Positions 9,166 to 21,100 of a DNA stretch of 41,509 bases are shown piece after piece. Position 1 is the first letter of the stretch. Each line of letters opens with the position of its first letter. The stretch spans positions 1 to 41,509 of the IMG/VR virus record IMGVR_UViG_3300028364_000020; one strand, given 5' to 3'. The translations under genes and the position numbers were made by a program. This DNA comes from a virus (Duplodnaviria > Heunggongvirae > Uroviricota > Caudoviricetes). Below the pieces are notes generated by a model. It saw nothing but the letters and a program-made list of their open reading frames with translations. It ran no database searches and was not told the origin of the DNA.

Positions 9166-10331
9166 TGATTAGGACCTCTAAACATATTATATCAAATGCT
9201 AGTCAAGGGAAGCGAGCTTCCCTTGACCAACTATTTATTGATTATAAACATGATTTAGAAATATATATTAATTATATAATAGAAGGTATATTACCCCTTA
9301 AACCTAATTTATCTAGTAAATTACTTCCTACAGAAGTAATAAAACATAGTAGATATAAACAAATAATTTATAAACAAGCATCAGAAATTATAAGAAGTCA
9401 ATTAGATAAAAGCAAAAAGAAAAGATATTCATCATATAAAAAAACATATGCATATATGATGAAGAATCATCCTGATTCTTCATTCTGTAAAACTAAATTT
9501 TCTGACTTATCATTAAATAATATATTAAAAACTAAATATTTCACTAAACCTAATCTAAATAATGTTAGTATTAATTTAGATGAAAGATTTTTTAACATAC
9601 AAAATGGGAACCATTTTGATAACTTTGTTAATCTTAAATTACCTTATTTTAATGAAAAGGGCACTCGTGCCCTACAAATAAATATACCATTTAATCATCA
9701 TAAACATTCAAACCAATTTAAACATAATACATTTAAATTAAGAAATAACATACAAATTAAGAAGGTAAAAAATAATTATTATATTGCATTAATTTGGGAA
9801 AAAGAGATTGATATTAAAACCAATGGCAAAGCCATTGGAATTGATATGGGTTATAAAAAATTAATTGTTACATCTGATAATCAAGTTATTAATGGTGATT
9901 TAAGTGATATATATTCTAAGATAAGTAGATGTAAACAAGGTAGTAATGGATTTAAACGAAGTTTAAATCATAGAGATAATGAAATAAATAGATTATGTAA
10001 TTTAATTAACATCGAAGATGTTAATTATATAATAATAGAAGATTTAGTATCAGTTAAGACTGGTAAAAAATATTTTACAAATAAAATACAAAGATGGTCT
10101 TACGCCAAGACCATTGATAAAATAAATAGAATATGTGAGGATAACGGTATTATGCTGGTGAAGGTTTCACCAGCATATACCTCACAAACATGTTCTAGTT
10201 GCGGTCATGTAGATAAGAAGTCTCGCCAAGGCGAGACCTTCAAATGTACAAGTTGTAAATATGAAATAGATGCAGATTATAATGCAAGTATTAATATTTA
10301 TGATAGAGGGATTTATAGTTCCTCTAACTAA
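9165..10331 (+). CDS. tnpB: TnpB-like RNA-guided nuclease (IS200/605/607 OrfB family)
   Basis: RuvC-I AIGIDMG, RuvC-II IIIEDL, Zn finger TSQTCSSCG...FKCTSC, RuvC-III DADYNASINI; all three acidic catalytic residues are present. Confidence 0.9.
   Translation: MIRTSKHIISNASQGKRASLDQLFIDYKHDLEIYINYIIEGILPLKPNLSSKLLPTEVIKHSRYKQIIYKQASEIIRSQLDKSKKKRYSSYKKTYAYMMKNHPDSSFCKTKFSDLSLNNILKTKYFTKPNLNNVSINLDERFFNIQNGNHFDNFVNLKLPYFNEKGTRALQINIPFNHHKHSNQFKHNTFKLRNNIQIKKVKNNYYIALIWEKEIDIKTNGKAIGIDMGYKKLIVTSDNQVINGDLSDIYSKISRCKQGSNGFKRSLNHRDNEINRLCNLINIEDVNYIIIEDLVSVKTGKKYFTNKIQRWSYAKTIDKINRICEDNGIMLVKVSPAYTSQTCSSCGHVDKKSRQGETFKCTSCKYEIDADYNASINIYDRGIYSSSN
10304..10326 (+). other. Hairpin at the tnpB 3' end (candidate element right end / omega-RNA stem)
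   Basis: TAGAGGGA-TTTATAG-TTCCTCTA, 8-bp stem with one G-T pair. Confidence 0.5.
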
Positions 10332-10394
10332 AAAAAACTAAATTTATATATTTTTATATGAAATTAGTAACTATTTATATAAAAATAAATATTT

Positions 10395-13300
10395 ATGCCA
10401 ATTTACTATAATACAGCATCTCCTTCATATTCAACAAAAAATACAATAAATGGTGTTACAGTTGATTACGGGATTAGGGATTTTTTATTAAATTTAAATC
10501 TCCCCCCAAGCTATCCTACTATTTCAACTTCTTTAAATGGTAGTCCAAGGATTGGTGAACCATTATTGGATTTAACCGTAAATAATAATGTTAACGTAAT
10601 TCCTAATTTTTTACCATTAGAAACAAATGGTATTATTTTCAAGGATAACAACATTTCCGTAAACACTTTCCAAAATACAGCATCAACAGCAAATGATTTA
10701 TTAGGTGTTCAATATTTACCTTCAAATCCAGATTCAAATTGGCCAAATACACCAATATCTTATCCAATTGGTGTTAACGAAAGTATTATTGAATATGGTT
10801 TATTAGCTAAAACTAAGTTAGCTGAAACAAAAAATAAAAATCTTAAAAAGAACTTATATAAAGATGAATCACAACAATTAGATGTAGCTGATTTTATCGT
10901 CAATGACCAAGTAAATTTTACAAACCAAATATCTGGTTATTTAGATGAAAAAGGTGGTTTGAATATTGGTGGTGGGGGTGCGATAAAAACAGCAAATATC
11001 ATTGGTAGTGTTTTAAGTGGACAAGGATTGGGTTTTGGTAGTGGTGGTTTAACTACTAGTTTTAATATTAGGTCTTCAATAGCTGGTAGATTACTAGGTG
11101 CAACTGGGATTATCAATGATACCAAACTTGGCATGGTTGGTGGACAACAATTAGCCTTAGCTTTAGCTAATAATGCAGCATTTAATGTTCAACAAGAACT
11201 ATTGGGTGCTTTAAATGTTAAAGACAATATTTTAAGTCTTATTAAAGGCGATGGATTAGTCGGTTTAAGACCTACTTATAAGATTACGGTACCAAGTACT
11301 ACTGGTGGACGAATTTTGGACACAGCGGGCAAAATACTAGGCTTTACGATACCAAGAAGTTATTTAGGTGATGCTGGTTCTATTTTTCAAACAGAAAATG
11401 GGGATTCAGAGAATATTGATAGAGCAAATGAGATGCTTAAATATACTGGTAGTGGTCAAGCATTGGCGTTAATTAGTAATTTTAAAGCCAACTTAGATGG
11501 TATTAGTAACGGTGGGGTAGACTCACCTTTAAATAGTGTATTTAGAAGCGGCTATAGTCCAGCTTATTCAAATAATAAGGGAGATTATTCCAAAGACGCA
11601 ATATCTTCACCAAACCTTTATGCTTACAGTAACGGACAAGGACATTTTGTTAATTTATTGAGTAGTATGGAGTTTGGGGTTACTGGTGGTGTTATACCAA
11701 GTTTAAGTTATAATAGAGAACAAAAAGTAATAGAGTCTGGATTTTTAAGCCCAGAAGAAATAGGTGCTGGACCAAGAGGTAATAGTGGATACGAAAACAG
11801 AAAAGTAAGTGATGTTAACTTTACTTGGACATCTACAAATGGTGAGGCTGTAAATACCATAAATGAACTAATATTACCAGATAATTTTAGATTTATACAA
11901 GATATAATTGGTCGAAATGATGAACTTGTAGGTGATAGAAAATCTTTATTAATTAAAACCCAAAAACTATTCAACAGTAAAGGTATGATTAATATCATTA
12001 CAGCTAAAGGGGATATGGATAAAAAATCATCTCAAATACAGACAGCCAACGGTAAAGGTTTTTCCAAAGGTAATGCAGTATTAAAAGCTTCATTATTTAA
12101 CGAACAAGGTAGATATAAAGGTGAAGAGAACATATCAGCTAATGATACTTATTGTAGAAGTTGGACCACTCTTGATAGATACGATAGAGTTAAAAAGTTA
12201 GTTAGAAGTGGTACCGATGGTATTGATAATAAGGGTGCAACTACAGTAAACGGAATTAATACTACAGTTCCATATCGTAATAATACTCAAGGGTCAATAT
12301 TAAGTGAATTTGGTATTCCAAAAATAACACCTTACACTGATGACATACCTACAGACCCAAAACAATATATGTTTTCTATTGAAAACCTTGCTTGGGCTGA
12401 TAGTAATACTTTATTGCCTAGGTCAGAGCGTGGCCCAGGAGACCTACTAACTGGTAAAAAAGGTAGAATCATGTGGTTTCCACCATATAATATTAACTTT
12501 AGTGAAAATAGTAGTTTAAGTTGGGAAACAAGTAATTTTATTGGGCGTGGAGAACCAATATACACTTACAATAATACTGAAAGAACAGGTAATTTATCAT
12601 TTCAAATTATTGTTGACCACCCTAGTTATATAAATAGTTTTAGAGGGGAAGAAGGACCAGATGACAGTTATATGGCTTCATTTTGGGCTGGATGTATTGA
12701 CCCAGATAGTAAATTTAGTGAAAAATTAACACCATCCCAAATTAGCGATATAGTTAAATCAACACCAATAAATGAAGATGTTAAAGTTATTGAAGAAGAA
12801 GTGGTACCCACAGATATATCAGTTTATTTTCCTAACGATAACGCAGCTATTGAATTATTATATGAAAACGGTCTTAATAACAAAACAGATTCAACACCCA
12901 TAGATTATTCAGTCAATGAAAACGGTGAAGACCAAGGACTTGGAAATTATATGGCTAATTACACCCCTGGTGCCAGAAACAACAGCATCCAATCCGATGG
13001 TGAAGGTTGGCCAGACAGATATAATTTTGGGTTAAATTATTCTGAAAATATTGAAGAAAAACGAAGCCCAGCAACTTCACCAACAATTGTTTGTGCAGAT
13101 AGTCAAGTATTAAATGGTTATTTTGACCCTAAACTTGTTGAATTAATGACAAAACATTTAATTGAAGTATCACCAAACTTTATTGCTACGATAACTGGCT
13201 ATGCTAGTAGACAAGGAAATATTGTTTATAATAATAAATTAGCTAAAGATAGAGCAATTAATCTAAAGGAAGACATTAAACAAAGATGGTGGCCATCAAT

Positions 13301-14729
13301 AAAAGCTGGTTCACCTAAATTAACTGACGCTGACTTTGATAAAAGGTTTATTATTGGTGAAACGATAGAGATTCAATCAATTGGCTGCATTCCTTGCGAA
13401 GGAATACCAAAATTAAGACAAGCGGCAGAGTGTCCTACCGATTCATTAGCTTGTAAACAAGACAGGGTAGCCAAAGTATCGTTTATTTACAGTAAAGACA
13501 TTGCTGGTGAAGACTTACCTAAAAAAGAAGTAATTAATGACGATAATAACAATAGAAGAATAAATAATAAAATAAGTGGTAAATATTACAATGAAACTTT
13601 ATATTTTGACAAATTAACTGATGAAGACCCATTAGTGTTTGATAGTTTTAGACAAAAAATAAAATATTTTCACCCAGCTTTCCATTCGACTACACCAGAA
13701 GGATTAAATTCTAGGTTAACTTTTTTATTACAATGTACTAGACAAGGACCAACTATGGAAGAACAAGGTGCGACAAATTTAGCATTTGGTAGACCACCGA
13801 TATGTATTTTAAGAATTGGTGATTTTTATAATACTAAAATAGTGATTGATAACGTTAGTATTGATTATGAGCCATTGGTTTGGGATTTAAATCCAGAGGG
13901 TATTGGTGTCCAACCAATGATTGCCAATGTTAGTATGAGTTTTAAATTTATTGGTGGTTCTACCCTTATGGGGCCAATTAACAAATTACAAAATGCGTTA
14001 TCGTTTAACTATTTTGCAAACACACAAGTTTACGACCCTAGAGCTGATTACATATCAAAAGATAAACCAATGATTGCCCCAGCTAAAGTTAGTGAGATAG
14101 CACCAGTAATTGATGAACCATTTAATGGGATTGAATTAGCAGGAGTCGAAATAGTTAATACATTTAGACCATGGTATTTACACAATGGAATAAAAGATAT
14201 ATCTGAAATAGAAAAAGATGAAAACGGTATGGAAATTATTGATAATGAAAATATAAATCAAGAAAAAGAAAATGAAACGGAAGTCTCACAAAGTGGTCAA
14301 TCGACATCAGTAAACACTGATTTAGAAGTTACTGTTAGTGATTATGATATTCTGAAAAATTTTTTAACGTTAAAAAAAGATTATTTTACGATTCAGATAA
14401 GTACATTTAACACTTTAGGTGGTAAATTTGGGTTTGATTCTAATCAAGAATTATCAAAAGAATATGACGTAAAAATAACTTTAAATTCTAATGTAACAAC
14501 AATGAATTCATTAGAATTAGTATCGTTTAAACTTAAAAATATTACAGAAGAAAACAATACGGTATTTTTATCTGAAGTAAAAAATTGGGGTGCTATTATA
14601 GGTGATTTCGCTATTGAACCAAGTAATAAATTAACTTTCGTTATTTCAATACCAGAATTAGATATAAAGTTTTTTTACGATAGAAAATATTTACGTGATT
14701 CAAAGACCTTGATTGATTTCGTAAATTAA
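10395..14729 (+). CDS. Large baseplate / tail-tube initiator-like protein with inserted OmpA-like domain
   Basis: Tube-initiator-like segments (WFPPYNINFSENSSLSWETSNFIGRGEPIYTY; FGRPPICILRIGDFYNTKIVIDNVSIDY) flank SVYFPND...ITGYASRQG...NNKLAKDRA...DRVAKV (OmpA_C-like). Confidence 0.65.
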   Translation: MPIYYNTASPSYSTKNTINGVTVDYGIRDFLLNLNLPPSYPTISTSLNGSPRIGEPLLDLTVNNNVNVIPNFLPLETNGIIFKDNNISVNTFQNTASTANDLLGVQYLPSNPDSNWPNTPISYPIGVNESIIEYGLLAKTKLAETKNKNLKKNLYKDESQQLDVADFIVNDQVNFTNQISGYLDEKGGLNIGGGGAIKTANIIGSVLSGQGLGFGSGGLTTSFNIRSSIAGRLLGATGIINDTKLGMVGGQQLALALANNAAFNVQQELLGALNVKDNILSLIKGDGLVGLRPTYKITVPSTTGGRILDTAGKILGFTIPRSYLGDAGSIFQTENGDSENIDRANEMLKYTGSGQALALISNFKANLDGISNGGVDSPLNSVFRSGYSPAYSNNKGDYSKDAISSPNLYAYSNGQGHFVNLLSSMEFGVTGGVIPSLSYNREQKVIESGFLSPEEIGAGPRGNSGYENRKVSDVNFTWTSTNGEAVNTINELILPDNFRFIQDIIGRNDELVGDRKSLLIKTQKLFNSKGMINIITAKGDMDKKSSQIQTANGKGFSKGNAVLKASLFNEQGRYKGEENISANDTYCRSWTTLDRYDRVKKLVRSGTDGIDNKGATTVNGINTTVPYRNNTQGSILSEFGIPKITPYTDDIPTDPKQYMFSIENLAWADSNTLLPRSERGPGDLLTGKKGRIMWFPPYNINFSENSSLSWETSNFIGRGEPIYTYNNTERTGNLSFQIIVDHPSYINSFRGEEGPDDSYMASFWAGCIDPDSKFSEKLTPSQISDIVKSTPINEDVKVIEEEVVPTDISVYFPNDNAAIELLYENGLNNKTDSTPIDYSVNENGEDQGLGNYMANYTPGARNNSIQSDGEGWPDRYNFGLNYSENIEEKRSPATSPTIVCADSQVLNGYFDPKLVELMTKHLIEVSPNFIATITGYASRQGNIVYNNKLAKDRAINLKEDIKQRWWPSIKAGSPKLTDADFDKRFIIGETIEIQSIGCIPCEGIPKLRQAAECPTDSLACKQDRVAKVSFIYSKDIAGEDLPKKEVINDDNNNRRINNKISGKYYNETLYFDKLTDEDPLVFDSFRQKIKYFHPAFHSTTPEGLNSRLTFLLQCTRQGPTMEEQGATNLAFGRPPICILRIGDFYNTKIVIDNVSIDYEPLVWDLNPEGIGVQPMIANVSMSFKFIGGSTLMGPINKLQNALSFNYFANTQVYDPRADYISKDKPMIAPAKVSEIAPVIDEPFNGIELAGVEIVNTFRPWYLHNGIKDISEIEKDENGMEIIDNENINQEKENETEVSQSGQSTSVNTDLEVTVSDYDILKNFLTLKKDYFTIQISTFNTLGGKFGFDSNQELSKEYDVKITLNSNVTTMNSLELVSFKLKNITEENNTVFLSEVKNWGAIIGDFAIEPSNKLTFVISIPELDIKFFYDRKYLRDSKTLIDFVN

Positions 14730-14812
14730 TTTATAGGTTATAAAAAAGTAATCCATGATACTTGAGACAAAGCGTCCTTTATCTGGTACAACATGTTAAA
14801 AAAACAAATAAA

Positions 14813-15133
14813 ATGAACGAATATTTCGATAGATATAGTAGATTTAGAATTAATGAAAATATTTCACCAATTCCAGGTATTAAAATACCACTTTCTGGTG
14901 AAGATAAAAGTATGGTATATAAACAAGGCTTAACTAGACTTGACAAATTAAGTAATTTGTATTATAATAATCCGTATAGTGGTTGGCTAATCATGTTAGC
15001 CAATCCACAATACGGTGGGTTAGAATTTAACATACCAGATATGTCCATGATTAGGATTCCTTTCCCATTCGAAAGTGCAATCAATAGATACATGGGGGAA
15101 GTTAAAAATCATAAATTATTATATGGAGAATAA
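14813..15133 (+). CDS. LysM-like baseplate wedge protein (T4 gp53 / P2 gpX-like)
   Basis: TRLDKLSNLYYNNPYSGWLIMLANP motif. ATG 14813 after an A-rich leader is preferred over the track start at 14762. Confidence 0.75.
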   Translation: MNEYFDRYSRFRINENISPIPGIKIPLSGEDKSMVYKQGLTRLDKLSNLYYNNPYSGWLIMLANPQYGGLEFNIPDMSMIRIPFPFESAINRYMGEVKNHKLLYGE

Positions 15134-18100
15134 AATAGGGTGTAGTGCTGGTAAGTTAACAATAGTTGACCCAAACGATAGAGATGGGTTTGATTCAAGT
15201 AATAATATGTCAGTTCCTTTAGAGGATTTAAACATATCTGTTATTTTAAGAACAAGTAGAAAGGCTAGAACAGTATTAAGCACAACAGGTGAAAGTAGTT
15301 CGGTAGAAAGTTCTAGTAAAATATCTGTTAATTTCATTGAAGGAAGTGAAACAGGAGCTGGTAAATCACTAACAACTAAGTATACTGATTTAACTACGGT
15401 ATTTGATAAAGGAACATTAAATAGTGAAACTTTAGGTATCACAAATATCGATATTTCTTTTAATCCATCAATGGCACCAATGATTAGTATTGATTTCGTT
15501 GATGTGAGAGGTAGCTCTATTTTTCAAAACGAGGAAAATATTTCTGGTAATAATTCAGGGAATAAATATGGCGTTTTTTTTCAATTACCATACCCGTTAT
15601 TTGAGTTGGAGATAAAAGGTTATTACGGTAAGCCAGTAACTTACTGTCTTCATATGCTTAAATTTAACGCTAAATTTAATTCAAAAACTGGTAACTTTGA
15701 AATTCAATGTCAATTTGTTGGTTATACTTATGCTATGTTATCGGATTTAATTATTGGGTATATGAAAGCAATACCATATACTGAAATCGGTAAATCGATA
15801 TATGCCGCCATAAATTTAAAAAGAACTTCAAAAATTTTAGATTTAAACGAGTTAATGATTGCCATTGGTAAAATAAATGAAGGTATCCCAAAAATATCAA
15901 ATAATTCTGATGCGTCAAAAAATCTCAATAGTATAAACGAGGCATTAAAACTAATAGATGAAATTAAAAATAATCTAAATATTCTAGGTGTTGCTTTAGA
16001 TGTTATTCCAGAGTTAGCTAGACCTGAATTTACTTTCATTATAAAACCTAATAATAAAAAACCTGATATAGTTAATAAAGCCATCAACGATTATACTTCA
16101 ATGATTTCATTAAATATAGAAAAATTTAACAAACTAACAACTAATATTGTTACCCTTAAATTAATTGATTTTACTGATTTAACTACAATTGGAATAGACA
16201 AAGGTTTAACAGTATTTGAAACTAAAAAATCTTTATCTGGGTCTGAAACCGATGATTATTTAACTGGGGTAATTGGGTCATTTGATGGTATGTTACAATA
16301 CAAAAAAAATATAAATAATTATCTGAATAAATATTATAAAAATGGTTTAAGTGACGATTTAGTTTTTGATGCGTATAATTTAACTAAAATATATAAAACG
16401 TTAGCTAACAGCGTTAACGAACTGAAAAAAACCGAAAAAAATACAAAGATGGTTTTGGCCGAGGAATTAAAAAATTCTTTTAGCAATAACTTAAGTTTTG
16501 AACCAACGGTCAAAAATATAACAGAGATTTTCACTGTAGCTATTGAGGTAATGATGGAAACTATCTATACTGTATCTAATGCGGCAGAACTAAATATAAC
16601 CAGAACTGAAGAATTAGCAAAAAAATTCACAACCGATTTAGTTAGTTCTACAGACATTAAAAAAAATAGCATAAATAAAAATAAATTCTTTGCTTGGCCA
16701 GATTATAAAGAAAAAGAGATTGACGGTAATTTTGTTGATAAATATCTTGGTGATTATGGCGTTTTGGAAAACCCTCAATTAGTTGATGAATTAAACTTTA
16801 TTGATGATTTATTAAAAGCATTTATAATTTCTCAAGAATTAACCAATCAAGTAGAAACAGAAATAGCTACGATTGAAACAACTTGGTTCCCAGTAAACCC
16901 ATTAGATACTAAATTATTTAATGAACAAGAACCGTATGCCAGAACAACTTATACCACTAAAGAAGAAGTGATACGTATGATTATACACAGAGGTATAACA
17001 TTTCTAGGTTATACTAATGGTAGTAACACTTTAGATGTCGAGAATAAAGAAATTGAGGTAATGGCTAAAATAGAAGTTGATGCGATAGTAAGAAACATCA
17101 CAAATAAAACCCTTTTGCAGTCAATTTCTCAATTAAGTTTAGAAGATTATATTAATGTAAAAATAGATAAAAATGATGGTTTTAAAAATTTATTAATAAA
17201 AGCCGAAAATAACTACATATACGCTAACCCAAGGGCTGAAAGAAGGGAAAGCATAATACCAATTAGCGATACCTTTAGTGGTGAATGGTTAATTTCCCCA
17301 GATGAGTTAAAAGAAAAAGCTAGGTGGGATAATAATGCTAATAAAGCAACAGATAGTTTCTTTTTAACCAACTATCACGGTGATGGATTATCAAATAAAA
17401 AACCAATTGATGGAAGTATGTATATGAAAATAATCCCTGTTGATTCATTTAAAAATAACGTAAAATTATTTCCAACCTCAGATAATATTGAAACTGAAAG
17501 TTTGTTTGATTTAGCTAAAATGTCAGATGACACAGTGGATTCAACAGCTGGCTATAATTCATTTGGTGGTTCTTTGGGTATTCAAGAATATGTTAAAATG
17601 GATTTTGGTGGTAGTATTGGGTCAAAACTACCTTTAATGTACGTCTTTTACAGAAATTCAGCCAGTAAAGGTTTAAGTAGAAGCAGAAAATTATCGGCAG
17701 ATAAGATTACACCACTCAAGACAAAGTATGATTTTGATAAAGAAAGTCTGATGACTACTAGAAGTACACCTAAAGAAAAAGAAAAATTTTTTTTAGATAA
17801 TGAAGATAATGTTTTACATGAAGATATCGGGCTTAATAGAGAATTATTTAATGCGTTAATTAATGGTGATACATCAATTACCTTCCCATATTTTGAACAA
17901 CCAGCATTCGATACTAGTTTTACTACTGGTTTTGGCACTGAAGAATATAGGAGTAGTACTGATAATCATTCTTTTTCATTATTTGGTAGTAAATTTTATT
18001 ATGGTCAGAGTAGAGCAAAGATTGAATCTCAAGATGGAAGTATTTATTTCTGTGGAAATTATTCCAAAGCCTTTTTGTTTTTAAACAACTTACCTTGGAA

Positions 18101-21100
18101 TACATCAGATGGTTCACCTTTTGAAGTAAACGAAATAAAACATTTATTCAATCAAAAAGCTGGGTTCATTCATTCTCCAAGACTATGGTGTGCTTGGGTT
18201 GGGAGCATATTATGGAGATTATCTTCAGAGGACCCAATCATTGAGGGCGGTTTATTAATTGGTGGTGGTTCTGGTGTTAGTGATGGAAACAGAACCAACG
18301 ATAACCCTAAAGACCCCATATTTTGGAGTAAAAATGGTGAAACACTTTGGGATGTAACTTTTGGTGGCAACCATGATAGGGACGAGTTGTTACAGTGGCT
18401 AGAATGGGGTCTATCGTTAGGTAAAGATTACGTAAACATTGATAAAGATTCTCTCTTTAGAAGATTACCTATTCAAGTAATTGAAGAATTTAAAAACTCT
18501 TTTTTCAGTTTTGTTAATGGAACTGATGATAAGGTAAGTTGGAATGAACTTAAAAATGAACTAGAAATTTTTTCAGGCAACTCTACTGAGTTTAATTCAT
18601 TTTTAAATACCATAAAAAACGCTGTAAATGAAAAAAACGACACGATAAGTGTTGTTAACTATATAAATGACAAATTTAAAAGTAAAAATTATGTTATAAT
18701 GACACCTATTGGCCCCCCAAGAAATGAATCGAATGTGTCTAGTCGGGATAACGATTATTTAGCTTTAGAAATGGGTGGTAACTATGCCACTAATTCTGGG
18801 GTTAAGGCATTAATCGATGCTATGAAACAAGAAGTTATTATCGTTAACAATAATTATAAAATATGGAGGGATGAAACTGACTCTGGTAATAACAGATACA
18901 TAAACTCCGTTTCTGTCGCATCATTTAACATATATTTATCGGCTCTAATTACTGAAATAAAAACACAAATTGACTCTTTTTCACCAACATTAATTAAAAG
19001 AAAAATTGAACAACAAGTTTTTGGGACAACAGATGAGAGTGTAATTAAATTTATTTTATATACAACATGTAAAAACATAAACGATAAATGGTTAGCTGGA
19101 GCTACCGACCCAAAGAATTTAATTTTTCAATGTGGTGATAGTAGTAGTAGAAGTGTGAGGAGTAAGGTAGATTTAGAACTTGCCAAAAATAATGGTCGTG
19201 ATACACCAAGTCTTATTGATAGTTTTAGATTTGTCAGTAGGTCATTTCAAGACATAGGCGACAAATTATTTATCAACCCTATACCTGTTAATAACTATTT
19301 AATAAAATCACCTAACACTTCTGCATATGACGCTATTAGTGGGTTATTGGATTCAAATAAATTTGTTTTCAATGCATTACCTACTTTTGTGAACTACAAA
19401 GACCCTGAAAACCTTAAAGCCATGTTTGGGACATACCCAAATTACGAAGAAGCAATAGCAAACGGTTCATGCGGACCTAACTTTGTTTGTGTTTATGCTG
19501 GACAACCATCAAAACATTTAGATTTTAATAATTCAGAATATGGTAATGATAGTTTTGATTTTGAGTGTAATGATGGAAACGTTTCTACCGATGCACCAAA
19601 TGATTTCACTACCGATATATCAGATGGGGAAGACCCAGTTGCAGTGTTTAAAGTTGCTTATGGTCAACAAAATCAAAATATATTTAAAGATATTTTATTA
19701 GACCAAAGTGAATTTATCGAAACTGATGAGTCTTTACAAATTCAAGAGGACATTTCACAAAAAGGTGGTCAAACTAATAGGTCTTTAGCTGGACAAAATA
19801 TTTTTAATGTATATTCAGTCAGAAGTTACAAAGCACAAGTTGAAATGATGGGTAACGCCATGATTCAACCTATGATGTATTTTCAATTGGACAACATACC
19901 CATGTTTCATGGTGCTTATATGATTACAGGAGTAAAACATAATATAAAACCAAATTATATGTCAACAGTATTTACTGGTACAAGGACTAGATATTCTGAC
20001 ACACCATTGATTACGGCATATGATTTATTTATGTCACTTACTGATTCAATAGATACGGAAAATGCTGGGACTGGTGTTATAGATGGTGAAACTGGTAGTT
20101 TTAAAACTGGAAGTTATGCACCAATAATCCAAACAATAATAGAAAATGGTAGTCTTAATTCAATAATAGAAAGTAATAATATAACTTTAACTAAAATAGA
20201 TAAAATAAAATATATTAGTTTTGAATTAGACCCAGATAAAAGAATGCTTACTGAGGCTGCTGTACCATTAACTAATATGTTAACTGATTGGGGTAAATGG
20301 ATGAGTGAAAACGATTTCACACCAGTTTCTGGTTCTGGAGATAACGCTATACATGCATATATAACCTCTATGTATAGAGTGAGACCCAAACAAAACTCAC
20401 CACATGGTTGGGGTATTGCTGTTGATTTACAAATGTTTAGGCGAAATGGTTCGGAAGGTATTTTTAGAAATGAATTCACCACTGGTAGCCCAGCTAAATT
20501 TTTTAATTTTGAAGAAAACCCAGCAATTGGTTGGTTATATAGAAATTCTTACAAATATGGTTTCGTACAACCATATTGGGCCAACGATGGTCAAGGATTA
20601 GGTAAAGTAAATGGTGAAGAACACTGGCATTGGGAATATCATGGTAAATCAGCTATTTGTATGTTAAGGAATAGACCAATACCAGGTGCTGGAGGCAATA
20701 AAGCCTCTGACAATCCATTGTCTGAAATAAAAGAAGAATTAATTAAACCATTTGTTAAAAACCCTAAAGGCAAAGATGGAAAAGAAGCGGTATACATTGG
20801 GTGTAATTATAAGACAATCAACGCCAGTGATAGACAAAATGGTATAGAAGGAGCGATTGGGTGTAAATCACCAAAATATGATTTTAAATTCCAAAATCCA
20901 ATCCCAGAACCTACACTAATTGGTTATAATACGACAGTTAATAAAATTAAATTAATAACATCCGATATTGGGTTAGGTAAGGCTGTTTTTGCTATTATGT
21001 TTGCGGAAGCTAGTAAAAATGCAGAAAGAACTAGCTTCAAATCAGCTGGTGGTTTTAATTATTCTGGTGTTCAGACGGATGGTGGTAAATGGGGTTCACC

